NCBI RefSeq assembly: GCF_037042905.1
Contig: NC_087245.1
Span: forward strand, 16,060,001 to 16,124,000
Length of the DNA: 64,000 nucleotides
Source: Lytechinus pictus
Lineage: Eukaryota
Direction: 5' to 3'
Positions 43,081 to 55,011 of this stretch are shown here, piece after piece (the first letter of the stretch is position 1; the number at the start of each line of letters is the position of its first letter). The notes under the pieces were generated by a model that saw only the letters and a list, made by a program, of their open reading frames with translations, ran no database searches and was not told the origin of the DNA. A program made the position numbers and the translations under genes.

Positions 43081-43217
43081 TCTATCTATCTATCTATCTA
43101 TCCATCTGTCGGTGCACTGCAAAAAAAATCTCTGAATTAGTTTTAGGTTTTCGGAAAATGTCAATATATTTATTCTCACTGTTTTATTTGTTAGGATGAA
43201 CCAGTCACGTATAACTA

Positions 43218-43929
43218 AACCCCTCAAAAAAAGTTTGGAAATCTGAGTTTGGCCATTAATTTCTCCCAACTTCCAATTTTACACAATGCATATTTGATAT
43301 TATTCAAAGGATCATTTAATTTACTTTAAAATGATACCATGCTTGTTATGATCATGCCATCACGAAAAGAGCAGGATTCAAAAGTGTTGGACGAGGTCTG
43401 AATTGAAAAGTTGCAAAACGAGCAGAAATAGTCATGAAGGGTCAATACCATGAATACAGAACATGATCCTTTGTCTGTGTCAATAGAGATGAAAAACCAT
43501 TCAAATCAAGCCCCTGCTTCTGTAGTGATGGTTCTGTGAGATAACATGGTTTGAATCGTGGTTTGAAATACTCATGCATGTTTGTTTGTTATGTGTTTGC
43601 TTGTGCAGAGGTGTGTTTGATTGCATGTTAATGTTGATGTTAAGGTGCATGAAAATAATTAAAAGAAACCGCTGAGAAACTTACTCTTCACCACGAAAAA
43701 AAGAACAGTGACTTTCAATATTGCGTCATTTTGCAACTTTTGAATTTTGACCTTGCCCCACATTTCAAGGTACTGCACCTCCATGTGAACCATAATGATA
43801 TCATGTAGGGTATCATTTCAAAGAGAATTAAATTCTCTATTCATTATTATTACGTACGCATTGATAATTACTAAAACTAAGGAGAGATTATCGATGAAAG
43901 TCAGATTTCCAAACTTTTTTTTAGGAGTT
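43218..43929. mobile_element. Tc1/mariner-type MITE
   Basis: TA-flanked AACCCCTCAAAAAAAGTTTGGAAATCTGA ... TCAGATTTCCAAACTTTTTTTAGGAGTT; long imperfect arms. Confidence 0.75.
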
Positions 43930-44229
43930 TATAAATGTTAGTACCTATCGTGTACAGGTAAGTGACAATGCATAAAGTCTAATATTTGGATAAAAAATTC
44001 TAAGATGGAAATGATGCTACTGAAAGTGGGACGATGGGGGAGCGGACTTTCGAATCACGAAAGTCCACTACCCCATTTTATTTTTTATATTTTAGTGATT
44101 GTTTTACTAATTGAATCAAGTTGTTGTAACTGAATTTACTTGAGTAAAACGGGTGCAACGAAAATAAGTAAATTTTGATAAAACTGCCAAAGTTACGAAT
44201 ACTAAAAAAGAGATTTTTTTACAGTGCAC

Positions 44230-44780
44230 CGACAGATGGATAGATAGATAGGTAGATAGATAGATAGATAGAAAGATAGATAGATAGATAGAAAAGTTTA
44301 ATAGAAAGATATATTGCTAGATAGATAGATAGACAGATAGATGGGCATAATTATTTCAACAGATAAATAAATGTTACATAGATGGATAGATGGATGGATA
44401 TATAGATAGAAATATAGATAGATGGATAGATATAGATAGGTGGACAGACAAATATAATGTATTATTAACAAACGAACTCCTTGATGATTACCATAGTAAT
44501 GATGATAATAAATTGTGACCATGGCAATAATGGTCATTGTGACACGGATAGCTTGATGAGTGATAATGACTACACGATGGTGATATGATAATGATGACGA
44601 TAAAGGTGATGAAGATGATGAGGATGATGATGACGACGATGATGATGATGATGACTATGACGATAATAATGTTATAATGATGATGATGATAAAGATGATG
44701 ATAATGATGAGGATGATGATGATGAGGAGGAAGAGGAGGAGGAGGAAGATAGTGATGATCATGATGATGTTGGTGGTGAT
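44230..44780. repeat. (TAGA)n and (GAT/GAG)n microsatellites
   Basis: Visible simple repeats at 44230-44450 and 44560-44780. Confidence 0.9.
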
Positions 44781-45503
44781 GAAATTATATTTGATAAAAA
44801 CATAGTTACGTTCACCGACATATATATACACATTGTAAAAAGAGTTATTTAAAATTACTCAATAAAATTGAGGCAAATTATTGCCTTAATTTTTTTCAAG
44901 TATTTTAAACTTTGGCAGTTTTATCAAAATTTACTTAGTTTCTTTGCATCCATTTTACTCAAGTAAATTAAGTTACAACAACTAATATCTATTTATCTGT
45001 TTTTATATCCCTCTCATGAATAATCACGAGTATTCTAGATAAACGATTGATAAATCCGTGATTATGTGACAAAGTATAATTTCAATAGGAAAATACATCG
45101 CTGCAAATTACTCCGTATAGTTTTCTTGTAGCTCCGTATATTTTTCGATATACTTTCATGGGCAGAACTGCGCATGCCCATGCTCGATATTTTCTTTCAA
45201 CGTTGAACTGCGCATGCTCCCTGACCTGACCCAGATCATCTGCAATCGATCGTAAATAAAGTAAAATACAAGCTCTTGCTCAAACTACTTACCGACAAAT
45301 TGAAAAAAAAAACACTGGAATTGGGTCTAGATTACAATGCAGAAAATAAAATTCCGACGGCCATTCATACAGGATCCTTAAATTTTTAATAAACATACCT
45401 AACCAGGTGAGTCAAGATTCGATACTAATTTCTAGAGCATATAGATTATTTAGCCTGCGCGTATTTATTTACATTTTGAGTGCAACTGCAGCAACGGCCA
45501 ACG

Positions 45504-45935
45504 CAGTGCTTCCACTTTTCAAAACGGAATTTTCTGGAATTTTCTCTGAAAGTTCCTGGAATTTTACAAAATATCCTGGAAATTTCCGAATGTTATCCAG
45601 TCTCCCATAAGTTATAATTCTCTTCTATACACACACACACACAAAGTAATGGGCCCTGTGTCGTATTAAATTGAGCCAAAAATTTTGAGGGGGCGAAACA
45701 TGACGTAACGGGCAAAGCTTATGAAGAGTTGCGAGTGAGCAAAAAAAATGACATATTAATTAAAAAGATCTAATTTTGTGATAGATTTTGACATAATATT
45801 AATGAAATATTGTATCATTCCCGAAAATGATAACTTTCTGGAAAACTTACTGGAAATTCTCACTGCCTGGAATGACCCTGGAAAATAGCCAAACTTCCTG
45901 GAATTACCTGGATTCCAGGAAAAGTGGAAGCACTG
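45504..45935. mobile_element. hAT-type MITE
   Basis: Perfect 17-bp TIR CAGTGCTTCCACTTTTC; flanks GGCCAACG / GACCAACG (7 of 8 match); subterminal CTGGAA repeats. Confidence 0.8.
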
Positions 45936-47373
45936 GACCAACGCAGCGCGGCGGACCTCTCGTTCAGGGCAGTCGGGTAGAAGCCGCGCGCAGCCTACCC
46001 AGTAACTGTTAAGCATTAGTACGACAGGGACAGGCCTAGAGTAGGACTAGGTCCGGCAACGTTAGAGCATACATGGTTAGAGAGGGATACATAACAAATA
46101 TATCAGGCGTTTCTTTTGAAAGCATAGTGGGAACATCTATGGTGGGAATTATTAATCCTCAGTTGGACTGGCAATGTAACTATTTTCTCCTCTGAAAGAA
46201 AAAAGTAATTGCCAGTCCAAACTCGGATAAATAATTTCCACTATACTTTCTCAAAGCCTGATACATTTGTATAATAAATGTCTGTATAATTATATATCTA
46301 TCTCTCTCTCTCTCTACCTATCTATCTATATATCCATCTATATTTATATATCTATCTATCTTTCATATAATGTTGTTCAAGAAAACTGAGACGACAGACT
46401 ACCTAATTCGTCCGCATGACGAATTAAAATTTCGCATTTTATACCTATCTATCTATCTACATGATCTATAAATACGTATCTATCTACGACAGACCACCTA
46501 GTTCGTCCGCATGACAAATTGAAATCTAGTTTTAAAGAACACCTTAACGTCTACGAATAGCATCCAACTTATAGAGTTTGATGAGATTGATTGTGTGATA
46601 CTAAATATTCACTGTTATCGACCTGAATCTCTTTATTTTCTGAAAGAATACGGCAAAATTCAATTCAACCGAGCACTTTACACAGAATACTTCTTTCGTC
46701 GTAAGTAAAGTCATAAATGCATTTAGAGAGACTCATGAAGTTCTTTCACGATGTATTTCTTTCACATGAAATATGGAAAATAAAGAAACGTTCACATTTT
46801 TTTTCAATTCAAGTGTAATTTTGATATTTTCCTTTGAAGACATTTCATCTCGACTCTTATTCAGAGTAGCAGTATATAAAGCGAATTTTGAACTAATGGG
46901 AAAGACCTAATGTTGCCTTTACGATGCTGGCCGCCTGTCTGAGACTTTCTTATTCAGACATTAATATTTTATGTGCAGGAAATCGAAGACCGGATTATAT
47001 CTTCCATCTTGACGGCGGGTAGGCCTATTCATAAAATGTCAGAATTAACCCGATATTCCTTTTAGTCTTATTCATTCATATCATGGAAAGAATAATCGAA
47101 GTAACATGCAGTCACTACTGAAATGGAGAGCTCTTTCCCTGATTATAAAAAAAACCTCGCCCCCCCCCCCCCCATCCAAGATTGGTCACATACATTTATA
47201 CACAGTGATGTTATTGCCAAGTCGTCCTTGCAATTTTCACTACACGGTCGTATGCTACTGCACTGGGGACCTTTGAATTCATTTTGGTGTTTATTAAGAT
47301 GTGTCATGGGATTCTAAAATGGAAACTTGTTCATTCAAGGGCTCACACACAAACCCACACATCCTCACCTTAA

Positions 47374-48102
47374 GGCCTGATCACACTGCCAGAACTTTGC
47401 TGGAGCGTGACTGGAGCGGTGAAAAAAAAATCACCGCTCGTTACCGTTCTTCGCTGTTTAACAGAAGTTGGCCCCCGTTGAGGCGAAGCCGTATACGCTC
47501 GGCCACCGCTGACGGTCCCTCGTACCGTTCCGAAAGTTTTGAGCTGCACAAAAAATTGCGGTCGGTGAGGAGCGGGCAATTTTCCGCTACGGCAAAGTTC
47601 ACCACCGCTCTAACAATGCCCTATCAAAGTTTGGCACCGCTAGACGCAAGTTCGTGGACGCTTGGGTCCGCTAGGCCAACGAAGAAATCTTGAACGCTGG
47701 ACCACCGCTGCTTCGCCAGCTTTGCCCAGGCGGTGATTAAACGTTGCACAAACTTTGGTGGAGCGGTGGTAAGCGTTTTACGAGCGGACGCGGGATTGCT
47801 AGAACGGTGTCGGGCGTTGAAGCAAACTTTGGTTTGGCATTGGTATGGAGGTGTCGGAGCGGGACCAGCAGTTGGCTTTAAATACGGGGAGAAATGGGCC
47901 AGGAGCCCATTTGGAATCTATCAGAACTTCTATCAAACATATCCGTTCAGCTCCGTAGTCAAAAGCGGTATGCCACTAAACCAACTGTTTTCGATTCCCC
48001 CCCCCCCCCCCCATTTTCTGACCGGAGACGAGCGTTGTCGAAATTCGGTCTCTCTCCCGTTCAAGGAACGCTCCAACAAAGTTCCGGCTGTGTGACCAGG
48101 CC
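47374..48102. mobile_element. GC-rich MITE (Harbinger-like TIR, TTAA-flanked)
   Basis: GGCCTGATCACACTGCCAGAACTTTGCTGGAGCGT vs ACGCTCCAACAAAGTTCCGGCTGTGTGACCAGGCC; TTAA on both sides. Confidence 0.75.
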
Positions 48103-50193
48103 TTAAGTTCATAAACGCTATTACGCTATGATAATGGACAGTGTACCAGATTCTTGTTATTATTATTATTAGGTTGGAGAGGGGTAATAATTGTGTTATG
48201 CAGGGCCGCTTGTAGAGCAGTTTCCCAACTGAAGTGGCTACCCTGGGTAAATAAAACACTATTAATATTATTATTATCATTATTATTATTATTGTTCTTG
48301 TTATCATTAGTAGTATATAGTTGAAGTAGTATGATTTTACACACAAATGCTTACCCAAACAGTAATAAATAAATATTATTTCTATTAAAATTCTAGAAAT
48401 GGCTTTTTAAAATCAGTAGGGCCTATCAATATTTTCCTCAAACGGATGTTGCTTTAAGAAAACAAATGTTATTTCTATCGACGTTTTTTACCCCTTTGAT
48501 TTTTACTCTCATCTCTCCGTCTCTACCTCCACCTTTATCTCCTCCTTTCTCTCTCTGTCTTCCTCTCTTTCGCTCCTAATATCCCCCCTTTTTTTGCTAT
48601 CTTCCCCTCTCTCTTTCTCTTATACCATCTACAGGATAAAGAACGATATTAGGGGAGAGTATATAAATTAAAATCATAATTATAATTACAATGCTCACGA
48701 TTAGGATCATTAAGATAAAATAAATGATAACATCATTTTGACCTTTGCAATGTGGCTCAAAATAAAGTAATTACGAAATATACTCTGTTAAAAATGCATT
48801 AAATTAAATAATCATCAAAACCGTTCTCAATCATTTGATTGATTGCACAAACAATTTATTTTTCTACTTTTTTATACTCCCTATTTGTGTATCTGTTTTC
48901 TTTCTTGTCTGATGAAAAGGCGATATATAAATGAAATATATCATTTACAGCATAGCCTTGCCCATTCATAAATCTGGGCCAAAACAATGTGAACAATGAA
49001 TATATATATATACAATAGCTGATATATTAGCTGAGCTCCTCTAATTGGTTCGTGACCGAAGAAGAAAACTAATATCTCATTTCTAAAAGGAATACCATCC
49101 ACAGAAAAGAGCAATGAATTACACTATCGCTTGATTTTTACGCACGCTTTAACATTATCTATAATGTTTTTCCTAACCTTAGCTAATGATGGAGATAATG
49201 ATGTTGAACGCATTCAGTGGCGGTGCCATTGAATTTTGATAGAAGGCAACTTGAAGTAAACGTGATTTTATTTTTCATATATAGTTTATCATGTATTTCC
49301 CTGGCTCTCTCTCTTCTTTTATCTTTACTCGTGTTTGCTCCTTCTTCCCAATACCTGTCCCCTTACTCCTTTATTACCATTTGAAAATAGTAGATGTGTT
49401 CGTTATCCCACCCACCCCTTCCATTTCTTTGCCACCGTCTCGGTAGTATTATATTTAACAAGAAGTGAGAAGAAGAAAGGAATGAAGGTAGAAGGGCGAG
49501 TAAAAGTCAGATAGATATATAGAAGGTGGAAATGAAAAAATGGGGAAAATTAGCGAAAAGGATAAATGAAAATCATAGAAGGAGGAAAGGGGATGAAAGA
49601 GTGCAGAATTACTTCAAGCAGATTGTTTGAAGAAGATAGCTCTACATCCAGGGTGAATGTCAAATAAAAGCAATGAAGTCACACATGATGGGTATTACGA
49701 GCACAGTTCCATCATATCAAAGACACTTTAAATCTGTTTTCAAGTAACTACCATTGAGTAAAATAGACAAGTCACAATCATGACAATAGTTCTACGATAG
49801 AAGAGAAAAAATATTTACATAATGGTGCAACAGACATCATATACATTTCCGTAAACTGCCTCAAAATTTGATATTACTTTAAAACGACCTTCAAACTATC
49901 ATACCCAAATCCATTAAATTGCTATTCTATTCAACCGCGATTACATCTTCTTCATTATCTAGATAAACATTTGACAAGTTAGACATATACTTTAAATTCA
50001 TCAGATAACTGCTGATAATAAAATGCACATGTAAATATAAGTAGTTATGGGAGAGACCTCATACCTAATTGACCTTTGACCTTTGACCTTTGACCGCATG
50101 ACCTTTGACCCCAACTTCCGGTCACTGTTGACCCCGTGACCCCACCTTCCGGTCAATCATGACCTTTGACCTTTGGGTACGCGGTAAACAGGA

Positions 50194-50422
50194 AATTGGA
50201 TAATGAAGCGCGGGACGCGATTTTAATTGGATAATGACTCCGCGTGGGGACGCCATCTTAATTGGATAATGAAGCGCGGGACGCGATTTTAATTGGATAA
50301 TGAAGCGCGGGACGCGATTTTAATTGGATAATGACTCCGCGTGGGGACGCCATCTTAATTGGATAATGAAGCGCGGGACGCGATTTTAATTGGATAATGA
50401 CTCCGCGTGGGGACGCCATCTT
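50194..50422. repeat. Subterminal tandem array of 31-bp (A) and 35-bp (B) units, left arm (ABAABAB)
   Basis: A=AATTGGATAATGAAGCGCGGGACGCGATTTT; B=AATTGGATAATGACTCCGCGTGGGGACGCCATCTT. Confidence 0.95.
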
Positions 50423-51416
50423 AATTGGATATTCTAGGTCTTTAGTTTTACCGCCTTTTTGATCTATCCAGATGGTTAAGGATATGTCAACCGCCTCGCA
50501 TGACGTCACCGGCTACGTAAGCACCGTGATGTCATCCCAGGGAATTCCCCTTATCCCATCGTATCGGTATTGCACCACCGTGGCCAATCGTCACGTATAG
50601 GATACGATGCACGAAACAGACGTATGATTTCTACACAGTTTCCTATTGAAAAAATTATCTTTCTTTGCCTACCAGCAGATATGTCGAACCCGATATGTCA
50701 AGTGCCTCGCGGTTCACGAATCGATCACCCCACACACGACCAACGCCCGTCATTGAACTTGGGATATCCTATTCAAGGTGAAAGCCGGCTCTCTCTGTCT
50801 CTTATTACAACAATTATTGGTAATCCAACATGTGATTATAATCCTGATAACAGTGGCATCTCAAGCTCTACTCATTCCAGACTTTCCCCCATCAAAACTC
50901 TCTGACTTTTCCATACTGTTTTGTACATACCTCCATACTTTTCATTTTAACTCACATGACCTGCACGGCTCTCTGACCCGCAAAAGTATACTATATTGAA
51001 ACCCGTAGACGACTCCTTTCAATCAACTTCATTCATCCGCAGTACAGATGGTGATAACATGAAACACTATACAGTCAAGGATGATTCTTTATTATTACTA
51101 TCATTTATTCTATTCCATTTCAATGTAGATAGGTTCAATTAGTGTATAAACAGCAGATTTTGATACAAAGGTAAAAATAATGTAAGATATGTTCTCAAAT
51201 TACGTTGTCACAACAAAATAATTAACTGTTCATTGTTAATATTAAAGTGAAGTTCTCGTTTTTTTCTTTTCCTTCGCTTAACTTATTGGATTGTAACACA
51301 TGTCTATGGATGGCATTCAGAAAATATGAACACAATGAAGTTCAAACTGTCATTTATGCCCGCATTTATGTTGACGGCGTTTTCTTGGATTATTCGACAA
51401 GCTGATGTTTGTGCCT

Positions 51417-52067
51417 TTAGTTGTAGGTTCCATCTTCACCCTCCGTTTCTTCTCCACCATCATCATTATCGTCATCGTCACCTTGATACTGGAATAAACC
51501 ATCGAATTGTGAACCATGCCTGGCTAACACTCTCTGTACGGCTTTCCGGAATTCCATGCCATTCTCTAATCTTTCCGTGAGATCGGACACGATTTCATGA
51601 TTGATGTCAGCGTCTTCGAGGTACACGTTCTGCTGCAAGAACTGAGAGTACAGATCGAAAAAGATGCGTTTGACTGCCCACATTAGTTTCACGTGAGCCT
51701 TTGCTTTAGCGTCTTCTTCTTCCACTCCTTCTGAGATGTATTTCTGATATTTTTCGTCTCTCAAGTCCTTGGTGGCCGTCATGGCTTGCTCTAACCATCC
51801 TCGATAAGCGAGGTTGTCTTCAGTTTCTTCCATGTTTGCTGTCATTGACGATTCGTGTCCATCGCTTTCTGATACGCTCGTTTCGGAATCACCGTTGGAT
51901 TCTTCAACTCTTTGCATTTGAGAGGATGGGTCGGATTCTTCATCTTCACTCGTTTCTTCTCCAGTATCATGCTCAATTTGTTCATGCCTCTGCATGTTAT
52001 ATTTCCTACTAAAAGTTTTATCGCATCGTGAACAAGCGTAACGGTTGGACATATCCAATATATTCAT
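51417..52067 (-). CDS. Single C2H2 zinc-finger acidic protein, left-arm copy (216 aa from first ATG)
   Basis: YACSRCDKTFSRKYNMQRHEQIEH finger, Ser/Glu-rich linker, likely helical C-terminal region; frame open back to TTG at 52115; protein identical to right-arm copy. Confidence 0.8.
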   Translation of the reverse strand: MNILDMSNRYACSRCDKTFSRKYNMQRHEQIEHDTGEETSEDEESDPSSQMQRVEESNGDSETSVSESDGHESSMTANMEETEDNLAYRGWLEQAMTATKDLRDEKYQKYISEGVEEEDAKAKAHVKLMWAVKRIFFDLYSQFLQQNVYLEDADINHEIVSDLTERLENGMEFRKAVQRVLARHGSQFDGLFQYQGDDDDNDDGGEETEGEDGTYN

Positions 52068-52159
52068 GCTGACTCGATGATTATTTGTTGGGAAATGAAG
52101 AAAATTAACGTTCAAACTTGTAATTATACGTAATCATGAAACGCGCGCGAAGGTACTTT

Positions 52160-52979
52160 GATTCTTACGGATTTTTACGCATTCTTACGGATTCTTACTC
52201 ATTTTTACGGATTCTTACGGATGTTTACTCATTCTTACTCATTCTTACTCATTCTTACGGATTTTTTACGGATTCTTACGGATGTTTACGGATTCTTACG
52301 GATGTTTACGGATTCTTACGGATGTTTACGGATTCTTACGGATTCTTACTCATTCTTACGGATTCTTACTCATTCTTACGGATGTTTACGGATTTTTTAC
52401 GGATTCTTACTCATTCTTACTCATTCTTACGGATGTTTACGGATTTTTTACGGATTCTTACTCATTCTTACGGATTCTTACGGATTTTTTACGGATTCTT
52501 ACGGATTCTTAGGGATGTTTACGGATCCTTACGGACCCATGGATCCGTAAGGATCCGTAAACATCCCTAAGAATCCGTAAGAATCCGTAAACATCCGTAA
52601 GAATCCGTAAAAAATCCGTTAGAATCCGTAAGAATGAGTAAGAATCCGTAAAAAATCCGTAAACATCCGTAAGAATGAGTAAGAATCCGTAAGAATCCGT
52701 AAGAATGAGTAAGAATCCGTAAGAATGAGTAAGAATCCGTAAAAAATCCGTAAACATCCGTAAGAATGAGTAAGAATCCGTAAGAATGAGTAAGAATCCG
52801 TAAGAATCCGTAAACATCCGTAAGAATCCGTAAACATCCGTAAGAATCCGTAAACATCCGTAAGAATCCGTAAAAAATCCGTAAGAATGAGTAAGAATGA
52901 GTAAGAATGAGTAAACATCCGTAAGAATCCGTAAAAATGAGTAAGAATCCGTAAGAATGCGTAAAAATCCGTAAGAATC
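52160..52979. repeat. Central inverted array of ~10-bp units (GATTCTTACG and variants); symmetry axis 52539/52540
   Basis: 380 bp of units on the left, 440 bp of reverse-complement units on the right, meeting at ACGGACCCA|TGGATCCGT. Confidence 0.95.
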
Positions 52980-53071
52980 AAAGTACCTTCGCGCGCGTTT
53001 CATGATTACGTATAATTACAAGTTTGAACGTTAATTTTCTTCATTTCCCAACAAATAATCATCGAGTCAGC

Positions 53072-53722
53072 ATGAATATATTGGATATGTCCAACCGTTA
53101 CGCTTGTTCACGATGCGATAAAACTTTTAGTAGGAAATATAACATGCAGAGGCATGAACAAATTGAGCATGATACTGGAGAAGAAACGAGTGAAGATGAA
53201 GAATCCGACCCATCCTCTCAAATGCAAAGAGTTGAAGAATCCAACGGTGATTCCGAAACGAGCGTATCAGAAAGCGATGGACACGAATCGTCAATGACAG
53301 CAAACATGGAAGAAACTGAAGACAACCTCGCTTATCGAGGATGGTTAGAGCAAGCCATGACGGCCACCAAGGACTTGAGAGACGAAAAATATCAGAAATA
53401 CATCTCAGAAGGAGTGGAAGAAGAAGACGCTAAAGCAAAGGCTCACGTGAAACTAATGTGGGCAGTCAAACGCATCTTTTTCGATCTGTACTCTCAGTTC
53501 TTGCAGCAGAACGTGTACCTCGAAGACGCTGACATCAATCATGAAATCGTGTCCGATCTCACGGAAAGATTAGAGAATGGCATGGAATTCCGGAAAGCCG
53601 TACAGAGAGTGTTAGCCAGGCATGGTTCACAATTCGATGGTTTATTCCAGTATCAAGGTGACGATGACGATAATGATGATGGTGGAGAAGAAACGGAGGG
53701 TGAAGATGGAACCTACAACTAA
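53072..53722 (+). CDS. Single C2H2 zinc-finger acidic protein, right-arm copy (216 aa from first ATG)
   Basis: Intact ORF mirroring 51417-52067; TATAAT at 53011 upstream; AATAAA at 54030 and 54046 downstream. Confidence 0.8.
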   Translation: MNILDMSNRYACSRCDKTFSRKYNMQRHEQIEHDTGEETSEDEESDPSSQMQRVEESNGDSETSVSESDGHESSMTANMEETEDNLAYRGWLEQAMTATKDLRDEKYQKYISEGVEEEDAKAKAHVKLMWAVKRIFFDLYSQFLQQNVYLEDADINHEIVSDLTERLENGMEFRKAVQRVLARHGSQFDGLFQYQGDDDDNDDGGEETEGEDGTYN

Positions 53723-54716
53723 AGGCACAAACATCAGCTTGTCGAATAATCCAAGAAAACGCCGTCAACATAAATGCGGGCATAAATGACAGTTTGAACT
53801 TCATTGTGTTCATATTTTCTGAATGCCATCCATAGACATGTGTTACAATCCAATAAGTTAAGCGAAGGAAAAGAAAAAAACGAGAACTTCACTTTAATAT
53901 TAACAATGAACAGTTAATTATTTTGTTGTGACAACGTAATTTGAGAACATATCTTACATTATTTTTACCTTTGTATCAAAATCTGCTGTTTATACACTAA
54001 TTGAACCTATCTACATTGAAATGGAATAGAATAAATGATAGTAATAATAAAGAATCATCCTTGACTGTATAGTGTTTCATGTTATCACCATCTGTACTGC
54101 GGATGAATGAAGTTGATTGAAAGGAGTCGTCTACGGGTTTCAATATAGTATACTTTTGCGGGTCAGAGAGCCGTGCAGGTCATGTGAGTTAAAATGAAAA
54201 GTATGGAGGTATGTACAAAACAGTATGGAAAAGTCAGAGAGTTTTGATGGGGGAAAGTCTGGAATGAGTAGAGCTTGAGATGCCACTGTTATCAGGATTA
54301 TAATCACATGTTGGATTACCAATAATTGTTGTAATAAGAGACAGAGAGAGCCGGCTTTCACCTTGAATAGGATATCCCAAGTTCAATGACGGGCGTTGGT
54401 CGTGAGTGGGGTGATCGATTCGTGAACCGCGAGGCACTTGACATATCGGGTTCGACATATCTGCTGGTAGGCAAAGAAAGATAATTTTTTCAATAGGAAA
54501 CTGTGTAGAAATCATACGTCTGTTTCGTGCATCGTATCCTATACGTGACGATTGGCCACGGTGGTGCAATACCGATACGATGGGATAAGGGGAATTCCCT
54601 GGGATGACATCACGGTGCTTACGTAGCCGGTGACGTCATGCGAGGCGGTTGACATATCCTTAACCATCTGGATAGATCAAAAAGGCGGTAAAACTAAAGA
54701 CCTAGAATATCCAATT

Positions 54717-55011
54717 AAGATGGCGTCCCCACGCGGAGTCATTATCCAATTAAAATCGCGTCCCGCGCTTCATTATCCAATTAAGATGGCGTCCCCACGC
54801 GGAGTCATTATCCAATTAAAATCGCGTCCCGCGCTTCATTATCCAATTAAGATGGCGTCCCCACGCGGAGTCATTATCCAATTAAAATCGCGTCCCGCGC
54901 TTCATTATCCAATTAAAATCGCGTCCCGCGCTTCATTATCCAATTAAGATGGCGTCCCCACGCGGAGTCATTATCCAATTAAAATCGCGTCCCGCGCTTC
55001 ATTATCCAATT
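54717..55011. repeat. Subterminal 31/35-bp array, right arm (one extra AB pair)
   Basis: Reverse complement of 50194-50422 plus 66 bp. Confidence 0.95.

Noticed and set aside
44560..44780. Poly-Asp/Glu coding stretch
   Set aside because: Trinucleotide microsatellite with no convincing splice context.
47301..48106. ORFs of 120-130 aa
   Set aside because: They lie in a GC-rich MITE and have no recognisable motifs; likewise the ORFs in 35125-35935.
50194..50509. Repeat array as CRISPR, and the 22-aa-repeat ORFs (50258-50509, 54630-54947)
   Set aside because: Only two alternating unit types, no unique spacers, no cas genes, eukaryotic context; the ORFs are by-products of the 66-bp period.
52136..53003. 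Six ORFs with repeated GFLRILTDSY-like peptides
   Set aside because: They are translations of the 10-bp array, open in several frames on both strands; no evidence of coding.
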